From a virus (taxonomy: Duplodnaviria > Caudoviricetes), in the IMG/VR virus record IMGVR_UViG_3300017645_000007, positions 1 to 41,124 of that record: a DNA stretch of 41,124 nucleotides, one strand, 5' to 3'. Each line of letters begins with the position of its first letter. Position 1 is the first letter of the stretch. The notes below the pieces were generated by a model that ran no database searches, was not told where the DNA came from, and saw nothing but the letters and a program-made list of their open reading frames with translations. Position numbers and translations under genes: made by a program. This document shows, piece by piece, positions 25,742 through 34,717 of this stretch.

Positions 25742-25971
25742 CAGGCTTCAGGCTCGCTCTCGGGCTCCGACGCCTTGATGACGCCCAGCTCGATCTTTGC
25801 CGCCACGCCGAGCGCGACCTTCGCAACCCGCGCGGCGGTAGCCTCGGGGGCATAAGCGCCGGCGTCGTCGAGACAGGCGTTGACATCGCGCTTGTGGATG
25901 ATGTCTCCCTCAATAAAAGAGACGGCCACCGTCCTCTTATCCTTGTCGAATTTTCCGATAGTCGTTTGCAT
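25741..25971 (-). CDS. Hypothetical protein after the tail fibre (possible chaperone)
   Basis: 76 aa ORF, RBS AAAGGA, coupled to gpV. Confidence 0.7.
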   Translation of the reverse strand: MQTTIGKFDKDKRTVAVSFIEGDIIHKRDVNACLDDAGAYAPEATAARVAKVALGVAAKIELGVIKASEPESEPEA

Positions 25972-25983
25972 GTGAAGTCCTTT

Positions 25984-28005
25984 TCAGACGCCGCGCGTAT
26001 GCCAGTAGAAATTGACCGCTTCCCCATTGCCGTTTTTCACAGTGAAGCCGGTCGGCGGGTTGCCGACGACGGTGCGGACGCCGAGGTTCATTTCGTCGGC
26101 GGTCGCGCGCGCGCCCGAGCCGGTGGGCACGCACCAGCTGGTGTGCGCCACGGGCAGATTGACGGTGACGAGTCCTTCTGCGGGGACGGTGACGACGCCC
26201 CAGCATTCCTTGTAGCCGTCGCTGTGCACCCGGTAGCCGCCATTGGCCGCGAGGCTGGAGTCGACGACGCGGGTGTAGGCGGAGCCGTCCAGACCATCGA
26301 GCAGATCGGCATCGAGGCCGGAACCGGCGCCATCGTTCCCGACGTCCCAGACCGTGTTGCCGGCGCGCGTGATCGCGGCGCTCACATTCAGCGCGCCGCC
26401 TGCCGTCATGGACATCAGAACGGCGCCGCTGGTGTTCTCCCAACTCCATGCCGCATTGTTGAGCCATCGCATCGGCGAGACGCCGGAAACCGACGCCCAA
26501 TTGTTGGAGTAGATCACCTTGTCAGGCGCGGACATGACGATCGCGCCGGTATAGGTAGCGCCTGTCAGCAGGGCGAACTCACTCGCCTGCCGTCCGTCGA
26601 GCATATCGGCGTCGAGGCCCGAACCGGCGCCGTCATTGCCGGCGTCCCAGATCTTATTGTCCGCGCGGGTCAGTGGCCCGGTGCCGGTCAGGAAATTGAC
26701 GCCGGCGGCGCACTGTATCTTCAGCGGCTCCGAAAAATTCTGGTCGCCGACATAGGCGAGCTGGCGACCGGCGCTGTCGCGGAAGGCCAGATAGCCGGCC
26801 TGCGTGACTGTGCCGGGCGCCAAGATGGCCGCACCGAGCCCCGCGGCAGACGCCAGCACGAAAGGCGCAGAGATACCGCCGGTATAGATCGCGCCCGACA
26901 GCAGCGCGAACTCGCTTGCCTGCCGCCCGTCGAGCATGTCCGCATCGAGGCCGGAACCGGCGCCGTCGTTGCCGGCGTGCCAGAGCTTGTTCGTGCCCCA
27001 CGCCGGATAGGTCGGGTAGATGCGCAGCCCGTTCGTATTGGCGAAGGCGCTGAAGATGGTGGCCCCGCTGGCCGCGAAACCATAAGTGACGCCGGCATCA
27101 TCGCCATAGCCGCCGAAAAAGAAGCGCTCAGTGGCGGCAAGCGTGCCGCTAATCCCATAACCGCGCGCCCAGACCCCCACGCTGCCATCGGCAGCGGCCG
27201 ACGTCACCAGCGTGGTGTCCTTCACGTCGAAGACGACATCGACGCCTTGCTTTTTCAGGTAGACGCCGTCGTGATTATGCGTCGCCGGCGCGTAATAGGC
27301 GCCATGCTGTCCGTCGAGCAGGTCAGCATCGAGGCCGTTGCCGGCGCCCTCCGCCTTGAGGCCGGCCGACTTCAGCCCGATCGCCGCGCGGAAGGCGACG
27401 ACGCTCATCGAGGTGAGCAGCCCCTTCACATAATCGGAGGGCGCGCCGGCGCCGAGGCGCGCGTCGAGCCAGCTCACCACCGCCGCCTTGAGGCCCTTCG
27501 GCGTCACCGCACGCGCGGCATCGGCGCCGGCGGTCGCTTCGGCTTCGGTCGCCAGCTCGACGACGCCCTGGGCGTCGGCCGTCGCCGGCGGATTGATGAA
27601 ATTCGCGTCGCCAAACGCCAGCTCGGTCGCGTCGATATCCGCGAAGCGCACGTCGATCGCGAGGAGCATGATCGACGCGGCGGTCTTTTCGAGGATCGGT
27701 TCGGCCTGGCCGTAAAGCGCGAACAGCGTGCCGTCGCCCAAATAGAGCGCTAGCGACTTGACCGTGTACGTGTCCATGCCTTCGTCACGCACGATCAGGT
27801 GGATCGTGTCGTCGGCCACGACGGCGCCGGAAAGCGTCGCGATCCGCTTGATCTCGCCCGGCAGCGTGGTGTCGGTCTTCGCGGCGGCGATCGCGGTGGC
27901 GGAGACGCCGGCGGCCGCGATCGTCACCGGCGCGGTGCCGTTATTCTGCGCGTTGACCAGCGCGGCGCGGCCGGCGTCGGTGACGACGATGGTGACGTCG
28001 CTCAT
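25984..28005 (-). CDS. gpH: Tail fibre protein H
   Basis: Follows gpI; ATADAQGVVELAT linker; four GLDAD(L/M)LDG repeats; C-terminal gp53-like domain. Confidence 0.88.
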   Translation of the reverse strand: MSDVTIVVTDAGRAALVNAQNNGTAPVTIAAAGVSATAIAAAKTDTTLPGEIKRIATLSGAVVADDTIHLIVRDEGMDTYTVKSLALYLGDGTLFALYGQAEPILEKTAASIMLLAIDVRFADIDATELAFGDANFINPPATADAQGVVELATEAEATAGADAARAVTPKGLKAAVVSWLDARLGAGAPSDYVKGLLTSMSVVAFRAAIGLKSAGLKAEGAGNGLDADLLDGQHGAYYAPATHNHDGVYLKKQGVDVVFDVKDTTLVTSAAADGSVGVWARGYGISGTLAATERFFFGGYGDDAGVTYGFAASGATIFSAFANTNGLRIYPTYPAWGTNKLWHAGNDGAGSGLDADMLDGRQASEFALLSGAIYTGGISAPFVLASAAGLGAAILAPGTVTQAGYLAFRDSAGRQLAYVGDQNFSEPLKIQCAAGVNFLTGTGPLTRADNKIWDAGNDGAGSGLDADMLDGRQASEFALLTGATYTGAIVMSAPDKVIYSNNWASVSGVSPMRWLNNAAWSWENTSGAVLMSMTAGGALNVSAAITRAGNTVWDVGNDGAGSGLDADLLDGLDGSAYTRVVDSSLAANGGYRVHSDGYKECWGVVTVPAEGLVTVNLPVAHTSWCVPTGSGARATADEMNLGVRTVVGNPPTGFTVKNGNGEAVNFYWHTRGV
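26285..27350 (-). repeat. Four degenerate direct repeats within the tail fibre gene (approximate span)
   Basis: W.AGNDGAGSGLDADxLDG-type coding repeats near 26300, 26600, 26950 and 27320; 26566-26658 and 26898-26991 are highly similar at DNA level. Confidence 0.8.
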
Positions 28006-28021
28006 GGTGCAAATCTCCGGA

Positions 28022-28570
28022 TCATGCGGCGGCCGCGACGGTGTTGAGGCGCGCGTAGGTTGCGGGGCGCGCGACGGCGATCAGGCCCACGGCGCCAGCG
28101 AAATCGAGCGACTGCGTGAAGGTAAAGTGCGATCGCACCGGCTTGGTGCGGGTGATGTCGGCGATCACCTGATCGACATAGTCGGCGCTCGGCGCGCCGC
28201 CGGCGACGTTGGCGAGACTCAGGATCAGGCTGAAAGTGTGCGGATCGCCGGCAGGATCAGTCTCCCACCATTCACGCAGCGCGATCGCGCCGCCGAGCGC
28301 GGCGACGACGGCCCGCACCGAGCTGATCGTGCCCTTCCAGCGCTGGATCGGGATCGCGCGGCGGATACGCTCGCGCTTCACCGCTTCGGGCCATTCGGGC
28401 GACCAGATGTCGATCGACAGCGCCCAGGCGAGATAGGGCAGCAGCTCGACGGGGCAGGTATCGGGATTCCAGAGCGGCTCGATCGGCGTCGGCACATCCG
28501 AGAGCCGCGCGGTGGCGGCTTCGAGCGCGCGCTCGAGCGGGGTTGCGTTGGGCGGGAGCAGCGTGGTCAT
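28022..28570 (-). CDS. gpI: Tail/baseplate protein GpI
   Basis: LLPPNATPLERAL...LWNPDTCPVELLPYLAWALSID...KPVRSHF. Confidence 0.94.
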   Translation of the reverse strand: MTTLLPPNATPLERALEAATARLSDVPTPIEPLWNPDTCPVELLPYLAWALSIDIWSPEWPEAVKRERIRRAIPIQRWKGTISSVRAVVAALGGAIALREWWETDPAGDPHTFSLILSLANVAGGAPSADYVDQVIADITRTKPVRSHFTFTQSLDFAGAVGLIAVARPATYARLNTVAAAA

Positions 28571-29466
28571 TCGCCGAGACCCGCGTGCATGATCGTGATC
28601 CCGGTGCAATGGGCGGCCTGGGTGCGATCGAGGACGATATCGGCGGCCGGGCTGGTGAGGACTATATTCTGGACGCCGGCGCAATGCAGCGCGGCGAACA
28701 GGCCGGAGCGCGTCACGTCGCGGCCCAAGCGTGCGCTTTCGGCGATGTAGGTTTCGACCTGGGCGCGAGACTGGGCGAGGACGATCGATGAGTCGGGGCC
28801 GGCGAAGGTCGTGATGCTCGCCTCGACCGCGTAGGGCTCGATATCGGCCGACTGGACGATGACATTGTCGGTGAGCGGGCGGCGCGTCTCGGCGCTGAGA
28901 TAAGCGTCGACGGTGGCGAGCAGATCGGCCGAGGCGGTGCCGTCGCCGCCGCGCGCGAGGATGCTGACGACGACGGTGCCCGGCGTCGGGCTGGTCGCGC
29001 TCGCATCGAGCACCGCCGGATCGGCCGAGAGCGCGTGGAAGATGTAGGCGCCCTCGGGGCCGGCCACCGAAAAGCCCTCGGGCGCGAGGACGAGGCGGCG
29101 GCGCAGATCGGCGTCGCTCTCCATTTCGGCGGGCGTGCCGGCGTCGGCATCGGCAGGCGTGAGCGTCAGACGGACGACGCCGAACAGGGCGGCGAGATTG
29201 TCGAGATCGGCGCCGGTGGCGAAGGCCGGCATCACCGCGCGCGCGGCGTCGTTGACGCGGCCACGGATGAGCGTCTCGCGATAGGCGGCCACCTGCAGGA
29301 TGATGACGGCCGGGTCCGATTCAACGGTGGCATCGAACGTCGGCAGCAGCATCTGCACGTTGGCGAGCATGTCTGCGTAGATTGTCTCGAAAGACAGCGC
29401 CTCGACCACGGCGGGCGGCGGCAGGCGCGAAAGGTCCACGGCCGTGAAGGGCGAGCTGTCGGTCAT
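28567..29466 (-). CDS. gpJ: Baseplate assembly protein GpJ
   Basis: VDLSRLPPPAVVEALSFE...SVAGPEGAYIFHA...RPLTD. Confidence 0.95.
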   Translation of the reverse strand: MTDSSPFTAVDLSRLPPPAVVEALSFETIYADMLANVQMLLPTFDATVESDPAVIILQVAAYRETLIRGRVNDAARAVMPAFATGADLDNLAALFGVVRLTLTPADADAGTPAEMESDADLRRRLVLAPEGFSVAGPEGAYIFHALSADPAVLDASATSPTPGTVVVSILARGGDGTASADLLATVDAYLSAETRRPLTDNVIVQSADIEPYAVEASITTFAGPDSSIVLAQSRAQVETYIAESARLGRDVTRSGLFAALHCAGVQNIVLTSPAADIVLDRTQAAHCTGITIMHAGLGE

Positions 29467-29508
29467 CGCGCCGATCTCGCCCGCCGCGCGCGCGTGGTGC
29501 CACGCTGC

Positions 29509-29537
29509 CGCGTCTTGGAGCCCGTCTTTAGGACGCG
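29509..29537. promoter_or_regulatory. Late-promoter activator site, copy 2, upstream of gpJ
   Basis: CGCGTCTTGGAGCCCGTCTTTAGGACGCG. Confidence 0.8.
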
Positions 29538-30019
29538 ATCAGCGCGAGCAGGTGATCGAGGATGCGCTCGCGATCGGCGCCGGCGAAACCGAGGAGGCGG
29601 CGCATTGGATAGAGCGCCTCGGCGGTGCTGCGCTTCGGATCGACCTTGTCGCGCAGCCCCTCCTGATGGACACGCGCGATCCGCGCCGCGCGGCCGCCGA
29701 AGCCGACTTCGGCGCTGTCGGCGGTGCTGCGCGCCTTCAGGTAGCGCGTCGTCCGCAACTTCGCGAACATCGCGCGGCGCACGGTGCGCCCGCCGCGCGC
29801 GGCGGCCTTGGCGGAGACGCCCTTGTGATGATCGGCGAGGCGCGGTTTGCGGGGCTCGAACGGCACGCCGTCAGGGTTTACCTGCGCGGCGATGCGCTGC
29901 GCCTGGGCGCGGCGCAGCTCGGCGGCGATCGCGCGCGTGGCGCGGCGGCGCTGCGCGGGGTTCAGGCCGTCGACGATCCGCGCCAGCGTGGCCTCGAGTT
30001 CGGCGAGGTCCTCGGCCAT
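29528..30019 (-). CDS. gpS: Virion morphogenesis protein GpS
   Basis: RIAAQVNPDGVPFEPRK...MFAKLR...ARIARVHQEG...YPMRRLLG. Confidence 0.92.
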   Translation of the reverse strand: MAEDLAELEATLARIVDGLNPAQRRRATRAIAAELRRAQAQRIAAQVNPDGVPFEPRKPRLADHHKGVSAKAAARGGRTVRRAMFAKLRTTRYLKARSTADSAEVGFGGRAARIARVHQEGLRDKVDPKRSTAEALYPMRRLLGFAGADRERILDHLLALIAS

Positions 30020-30507
30020 CAGTCGAGCGGTAAAATCCGGTCGGCGTCGGCGGGAGGCTGCTCCATCCACAGTTCGCGCAGCACGCCCGTGGGATCGCCG
30101 TCGATCGGGCCGGGCTCCTCAAGGTGCTCGAGCTGGTAGCCGCCATCCTCTTTCTGCGTGACGGTGACGGTTTCGGTCAGCTGCAGCTCGATCGAGATGT
30201 CACAACGCTTATCGTCGAGCAGGTCGACCTCGAAGCGGATGGCGTCACCGCGCAGATCCTCGTTGAGGAACTGCTCGGGCTGGTTGGCGCGCATCCACTC
30301 GAGCAGCGGGAAGAGGATCGCGTCGGCCTCGCCCTCATAGCTCAGGAGGAAGAGGGTGAGCTGATAGCGATATTCGAAGCCCAGCGCCGGCGTCGCGCGC
30401 GCGACGAGGCGGCCGCGTTCGACATAACAGCGAAAGCGGTCGGGATCGGTGATGAGGTCGGGCACGACGCCGGCGAGCGCGGCGGCAAGGCTCTTCGGCT
30501 TCAGCAT
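30019..30507 (-). CDS. gpR: Tail completion protein GpR
   Basis: MLKPKSL...FEYRYQL...WMRANQPE...DISIELQLTE. Confidence 0.92.
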   Translation of the reverse strand: MLKPKSLAAALAGVVPDLITDPDRFRCYVERGRLVARATPALGFEYRYQLTLFLLSYEGEADAILFPLLEWMRANQPEQFLNEDLRGDAIRFEVDLLDDKRCDISIELQLTETVTVTQKEDGGYQLEHLEEPGPIDGDPTGVLRELWMEQPPADADRILPLD

Positions 30508-30824
30508 CAGCGTTTGTCCGTGCAGGCGCCCGGGCTGTTCCATTCGATCAGGCGGCCGAGCTGGGCGGTGACGGCGGCGAGTGCGGTGACGACGCGGATC
30601 GCCGCCTCGCGCACCGCCAGCGGCATCGTCGCGGCAGCATCCTCGGGAAAACCGGCCGGCGCGACGGGGCAGGTGAGAAGATCGGCCGGCGGCGTGTCGC
30701 GCACCGCGATCGCGGCGGGTGCGGCCGGCCGGCTATCAGCCGCCGGGTGCGCGCAGCCCGCCAGCGCGGTTGAGAGCACCAAACCAGTTGCCGCTAACGC
30801 GATCGTCCGAACCCACTTGAGCAT
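30507..30824 (-). CDS. o-spanin (Rz1-like lipoprotein)
   Basis: ATG 30824; signal peptide with lipobox LAGC; Pro-rich; overlaps the i-spanin 3' end. Confidence 0.8.
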   Translation of the reverse strand: MLKWVRTIALAATGLVLSTALAGCAHPAADSRPAAPAAIAVRDTPPADLLTCPVAPAGFPEDAAATMPLAVREAAIRVVTALAAVTAQLGRLIEWNSPGACTDKR

Positions 30825-31209
30825 TGACCTTCTCCATCGTCTCGGCGGCGGCGCGCGCATCGGCCGCCGCCGCGCGCGCGAGGGCCGCGTCCTGTGCTGC
30901 TTTCGCCTCGCGATCGGCCGCCGCCTGGGCGAGTATCCGCGCGCTTTCGGCGGCGGTGTCGCGCTCCTCGCGCGCGAGCGCGGCGACGCGATCGAGGCAG
31001 GCGGCGCCGCGTCTGCCCTCAGCCGGGTCGAGCTTGGCGCCGGCGGCGGCGCAGACAGTCTCGCCCCAGCTGATGAGTCGCGCGCGGTCGGCGCGGCCGA
31101 GCGCCCCCCAGACATAGAGGCTCGCGGCGGCTGCGGCGATGAGCAGCAGCGTGACGTAGCTGCGCTCGCTCCGGACCCAGCCGAGCGCGATTTTCAGCAG
31201 GCCGATCAT
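30736..31209 (-). CDS. i-spanin (Rz-like)
   Basis: ATG 31209; N-terminal TM helix then Ala-rich coiled coil. Confidence 0.8.
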   Translation of the reverse strand: MIGLLKIALGWVRSERSYVTLLLIAAAAASLYVWGALGRADRARLISWGETVCAAAGAKLDPAEGRRGAACLDRVAALAREERDTAAESARILAQAAADREAKAAQDAALARAAAADARAAAETMEKVNAQVGSDDRVSGNWFGALNRAGGLRAPGG

Positions 31210-31547
31210 TGATCCCTCCGCAACCCGAGCCGCTCGAGGAGCGCGCCCGGCAGCGCGCCGGCGGCGGCCGAGACAGACTCGATGAAGCGGGGCGTGGCGC
31301 GGAACGCGACCATCGCGACGACGAAGCCGATGGCCTGGCTGACGAACGGGTCGAGGTGGAGCCACGCGGTGACGCCGAGCGTGACGTAGTAAGAGACGCA
31401 GATCCCCACCGCCCATTGAAGGAGGCGCTGGCCCCAGCTCAGTCCTTTTTCCCATGCCTGGGCGACGGCGGCGCCGAGCGCGGCCGGGGCGAGCGCGGCG
31501 GCGAGCGAGAGGAGGGCCGAGAGGGCTTCGTCGGGCAGCTTGCTCAT
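31206..31547 (-). CDS. Holin
   Basis: 113 aa, about three TM helices, between gpX and the spanins. Confidence 0.75.
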   Translation of the reverse strand: MSKLPDEALSALLSLAAALAPAALGAAVAQAWEKGLSWGQRLLQWAVGICVSYYVTLGVTAWLHLDPFVSQAIGFVVAMVAFRATPRFIESVSAAAGALPGALLERLGLRRDQ

Positions 31548-31554
31548 GTCAGTC

Positions 31555-31770
31555 TCAGTCCCACAGGTTCACAAGGGGGAGGGTTTCGGCGGCCGGGGCG
31601 GTGGCCGGGATCGTCACCGCGTGGCCTTCCGGCAGAGCGGCGGCGAGCGCGGCGAGGCCGGGATTGGCGTCGAGCACCGCCTCGACCGTGCCCGAGGCGC
31701 CGGCGACGGCGCGCCAGACGAGCGCGTCGAGGCTTTCCTGCCCAAGCGCCGTGACGAGGAGATCGGCCAT
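31555..31770 (-). CDS. gpX: Tail protein GpX
   Basis: ESLDALVWR...VLDANPGLA...VNLWD. Confidence 0.93.
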   Translation of the reverse strand: MADLLVTALGQESLDALVWRAVAGASGTVEAVLDANPGLAALAAALPEGHAVTIPATAPAAETLPLVNLWD

Positions 31771-32243
31771 CAGATCAGCGCCACTTTCGAACGGCGCTTG
31801 CCGAGAATGTCTCGGATCGCGTGTAGCGCGTTGCGGCGATGCTGCTCGACTGGCAGCGCCACCTCGGCCGCGCGATGCAGGCCATCGCCGGTAGCGGAGA
31901 TCTCGGCGTGCGTCTCAAGGAGGTCGGCGGCGGCGGCGCTCATCACCGCGCGCGTCCAGGCGCGCACCTTGGTGCTCACCCCGTCGATGGAGTCAGCGGG
32001 CACCTCGGCGAGCGAGTCGTGGCCGGCGGCAAGCTGGGTGGTCGCCCAGGCGGCAAGGTCGCGCTGGACGGTCGCGATCGCGGCGACGATCGCCGCGCGC
32101 AGCCGCGTGGGCGTGACGACGTCGCCGAGCCGCATCGCCGCGCGGACGTCGGCCGGCGCGATCGCCGGGTACCAATCGCCCGCCGAGACGGGTTCACCGT
32201 CGCCGGCGGCGATAGAAGCCGGGATCGAGACCGAGAAGGTCAC
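31770..32243 (-). CDS. gpL: Head completion protein GpL
   Basis: WYPAI...MRLGDVVTPTRLR...AIRDILGKRRSKVALI. Confidence 0.9.
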   Translation of the reverse strand: MTFSVSIPASIAAGDGEPVSAGDWYPAIAPADVRAAMRLGDVVTPTRLRAAIVAAIATVQRDLAAWATTQLAAGHDSLAEVPADSIDGVSTKVRAWTRAVMSAAAADLLETHAEISATGDGLHRAAEVALPVEQHRRNALHAIRDILGKRRSKVALI

Positions 32244-32746
32244 ACCACTTTCCCGCCCGCCGAGGCCGGGGCAGCGGGCGCGAAATCACCGCATTTCGGG
32301 AGTGGCAGCGTGGCGGGCCAGTAAAAGCCGGCGACGCGCGAGCGGGCGAAACGCGCGCGGTTGACCGCATCGCCCTGATTGCCGCCGAGCAGTGTGACGT
32401 TCGCGCGATCGGCGCCGACGCAGAAAGCGACGTGGCCGAGCGAGGGGTGGGGCGGGTTGCGTTCGATGACCGTGATCGCGCCCAGCGCCGGCCCGGCGAG
32501 CCTGACGAAATGCGGACTGCCGCAAAAGCTCTTGGCCGCCGGCGAGCGGGTGCCGCGCACGCCGGCGCGCTCGAGCATCGCGTTGACGAAGATCGCGCAC
32601 CAGGCCACCGCCTCCTCGCTGCCTTTCAGCCAGGCACAGCGGGCGTCGGTGCGGTAAGCGATGATTTTCGGATTTTCCGCCGCGCCCCGGATTTCGTGCG
32701 TGCCCTGCTCGGCGGCTGCGAGGGCAATCCATTTCGGTTCGAACAT
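32240..32746 (-). CDS. Putative endolysin, TIGR02594 / NlpC-P60-CHAP-like peptidase
   Basis: ATG 32746 after GGAGG; AWCAIFVNAML (Cys), GHVAF (His), LLGGNQGDAV. Confidence 0.82.
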   Translation of the reverse strand: MFEPKWIALAAAEQGTHEIRGAAENPKIIAYRTDARCAWLKGSEEAVAWCAIFVNAMLERAGVRGTRSPAAKSFCGSPHFVRLAGPALGAITVIERNPPHPSLGHVAFCVGADRANVTLLGGNQGDAVNRARFARSRVAGFYWPATLPLPKCGDFAPAAPASAGGKVV

Positions 32747-32873
32747 TGTGCCTCCGATGGTTCGCCCGCCCGGCTGTCGGGGGTGAGGAGAGCGACGGGC
32801 TCGATCCGGCCGGGGCCGTCTTGCCGATCGCTTTCCGCCCCCGAGCGCCGGGGGGCGAGCGGGTTGGCCGGGA

Positions 32874-33626
32874 TCAGGCCCCGGCGTCATCCTTCACGGC
32901 GTCGGCAAGGCGCGCGGCTTCGCGCTTCAGCGCGTCGAGCTCCTTCTTGACGCCGACATTGGCGTTGAGCGAGCGCGCGCGCTCGAGTCGCGCGACGGCG
33001 GCTTCGATCGTCGCGCGTTTACCGCCGGCGGGGCCGTCGCCGGCATCGTCGAGCAGCGCGGCCTGACGGGCGAGCTGGCGGCCGAGCGCGGCGTAGAGTT
33101 TCGCGCGGACCTGATCGAAAATATCCTGCCCGTCGACGAGCTGCTCGACGGCGAGGAGGATTTTCAGATCAAAGTCCTCGCCCTGCCCGATCGTCTTCAG
33201 CGCGGCGTCCGCTATTTCCTCGCAGATCAGCGTGGCGGGTGTGCGCTTGTAGCGTTCGGGCAGGGCGAGTCCGTAGCGGAGCATCGCCGCCGCGAGCGGC
33301 AGCGCGCCGAGATAATCACCGACGTCGATCCGCCAGACCATGATGACCGGCAGGATCTCATCGTCCACGCCGCGCCCGGTCTCGGCCATGCCGCGCACCA
33401 CGCCGTGCACCCACGCCTCATAGGCGGGGAGCAGCTCGCGCTTGACCTCGATCTTGCCTTCCACCGACTGGATGTCGTGGAGGCGGCGCAGATCGAGGCC
33501 AAGGCGCGCGCGCAGCAGCTCATATTCGCTCGCCGCGCCGCCGCTGTGCGCGGCGAGGCCGCTGGCGGCGGTGGCGCCCGCCTTGGCGGCGAGGACGCGC
33601 TGGCGATGCTGGCGAGCGGGGCTCAT
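32874..33626 (-). CDS. gpM: Terminase small (endonuclease) subunit GpM
   Basis: MSPARQHRQR...LHDIQSVEGKI...MVWRIDVGD...DQVRAKLY...GVKK. Confidence 0.94.
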   Translation of the reverse strand: MSPARQHRQRVLAAKAGATAASGLAAHSGGAASEYELLRARLGLDLRRLHDIQSVEGKIEVKRELLPAYEAWVHGVVRGMAETGRGVDDEILPVIMVWRIDVGDYLGALPLAAAMLRYGLALPERYKRTPATLICEEIADAALKTIGQGEDFDLKILLAVEQLVDGQDIFDQVRAKLYAALGRQLARQAALLDDAGDGPAGGKRATIEAAVARLERARSLNANVGVKKELDALKREAARLADAVKDDAGA

Positions 33627-34666
33627 CAGACGTCACCCTCCGCTTCCTTCGCCGCCATGGTGATGTTCTCGGCCACGGCCATCAGGCCGTTTTCTTCGAC
33701 GACATAGGCCTCGTTGACGCTGCCGAAATCGGCGATGCGATCGAGATCGGGCTGATCGATGATCGCGCGACGCTCGGTACCCTCCTGCGCGTAGATCGAG
33801 AGATTATCGAGGCGAGTGACTGCGATCTTGCCCGCCGGAAAGTAGGGTACGCGGACTGCCGGCAGGCCGCCGAGCTTCTTGGTCGACAGGATGACGTCGC
33901 GCGCGAGCTGCTTTTCGGCGTCATCGCCGGCGGCGTTGACGATGTTGAAATATTTGTCGTGGACCAGATCGCGGCCGACGATCGCAACCAGCTGCGTATC
34001 GTCGCGGAAGGGCTCCTCGAGCACCTCGATCAGATCGAAGACGAGCGCGTCGAGGTTGACATAATCGGCGTCGCCGGTAGCCGCGACGTAGATCTTGTCC
34101 TCGTCGAGGCTGCCGTGGGACATGATCTGCTCGGGCGCCTGGTCGAGCAAATTCTTCAGCCAGCCCTTGTTGACGTCCTGGAGGAGCGGGTTGTTCGTTC
34201 GGTTCGTCGTCGCGGCGACCGACGTGCCATTCCAGCCGATCATCATCCGGTCGAGACCCTTGCGGGTGGCGATCGCGTCGCGGATGATCGTCTGAAATTC
34301 AGGCTTGTGTGCCCAGGCGTCGAGCTTGGCGTAGCGGATGGCGGTGTCGAAGTTGGTCTGCTCGCAGCGGTAGCTCCGCCCGGTCGTATCGGTCGGGTCG
34401 ATCGGGTTGCGGCGCGTGCCGCCCGACGTGTCGGTGCGGCCGGCGATCGTCGAGGTGATGCCGAGACCGACCTTCTCGCCCTCCTGCTGGACCACCGGCT
34501 CGAAGTTGATCCGCGACAGGAACTGGCTGGAAAGCTGAACTTTCTGCTCGATTTTCTGCGCCACCGTTGGGGTGACGGTGAACTTGGTCGAGACGTCAGG
34601 CACGCCGTTCAGCGCGGCGATGCGCGCAGTGTAGGCGTTCCAGAGAAGGCGGGTTTCGTTACGCAT
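33626..34666 (-). CDS. gpN: Major capsid protein GpN
   Basis: MRNETR...FTVTPTVAQ...LDRMMIGWNG...PLLQDVNKGWL...VNEAYVVE. Confidence 0.97.
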   Translation of the reverse strand: MRNETRLLWNAYTARIAALNGVPDVSTKFTVTPTVAQKIEQKVQLSSQFLSRINFEPVVQQEGEKVGLGITSTIAGRTDTSGGTRRNPIDPTDTTGRSYRCEQTNFDTAIRYAKLDAWAHKPEFQTIIRDAIATRKGLDRMMIGWNGTSVAATTNRTNNPLLQDVNKGWLKNLLDQAPEQIMSHGSLDEDKIYVAATGDADYVNLDALVFDLIEVLEEPFRDDTQLVAIVGRDLVHDKYFNIVNAAGDDAEKQLARDVILSTKKLGGLPAVRVPYFPAGKIAVTRLDNLSIYAQEGTERRAIIDQPDLDRIADFGSVNEAYVVEENGLMAVAENITMAAKEAEGDV

Positions 34667-34717
34667 CGGGAGAGGCTCCGGTCAGTGGTTCGGCGGGCGG
34701 CGGGGCGGCTGGGGCGA

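Noticed and set aside
25221-26027. N-terminal 269 aa of the 1236-aa ORF (22317..26027)
   Set aside because: Alternate-frame read-through of gpV and the 76-aa gene; the real start is most likely ATG 25220
20766-27753. Long plus-strand ORFs (20766..22316, 23169..25430, 25894..27753)
   Set aside because: Antisense shadows of GC-rich structural genes with no recognisable motifs
25984-28005. DGR or invertible (Gin/Cin-type) tail-fibre switch
   Set aside because: No reverse transcriptase, no adenine-specific TR/VR pair and no inverted fibre cassette; the repeats are direct and in frame
21744-29466. Gene order J-I-H-V-W differing from coliphage P2
   Set aside because: As I recall, this order also occurs in other P2-like phages of non-enteric hosts, so it is not treated as novel
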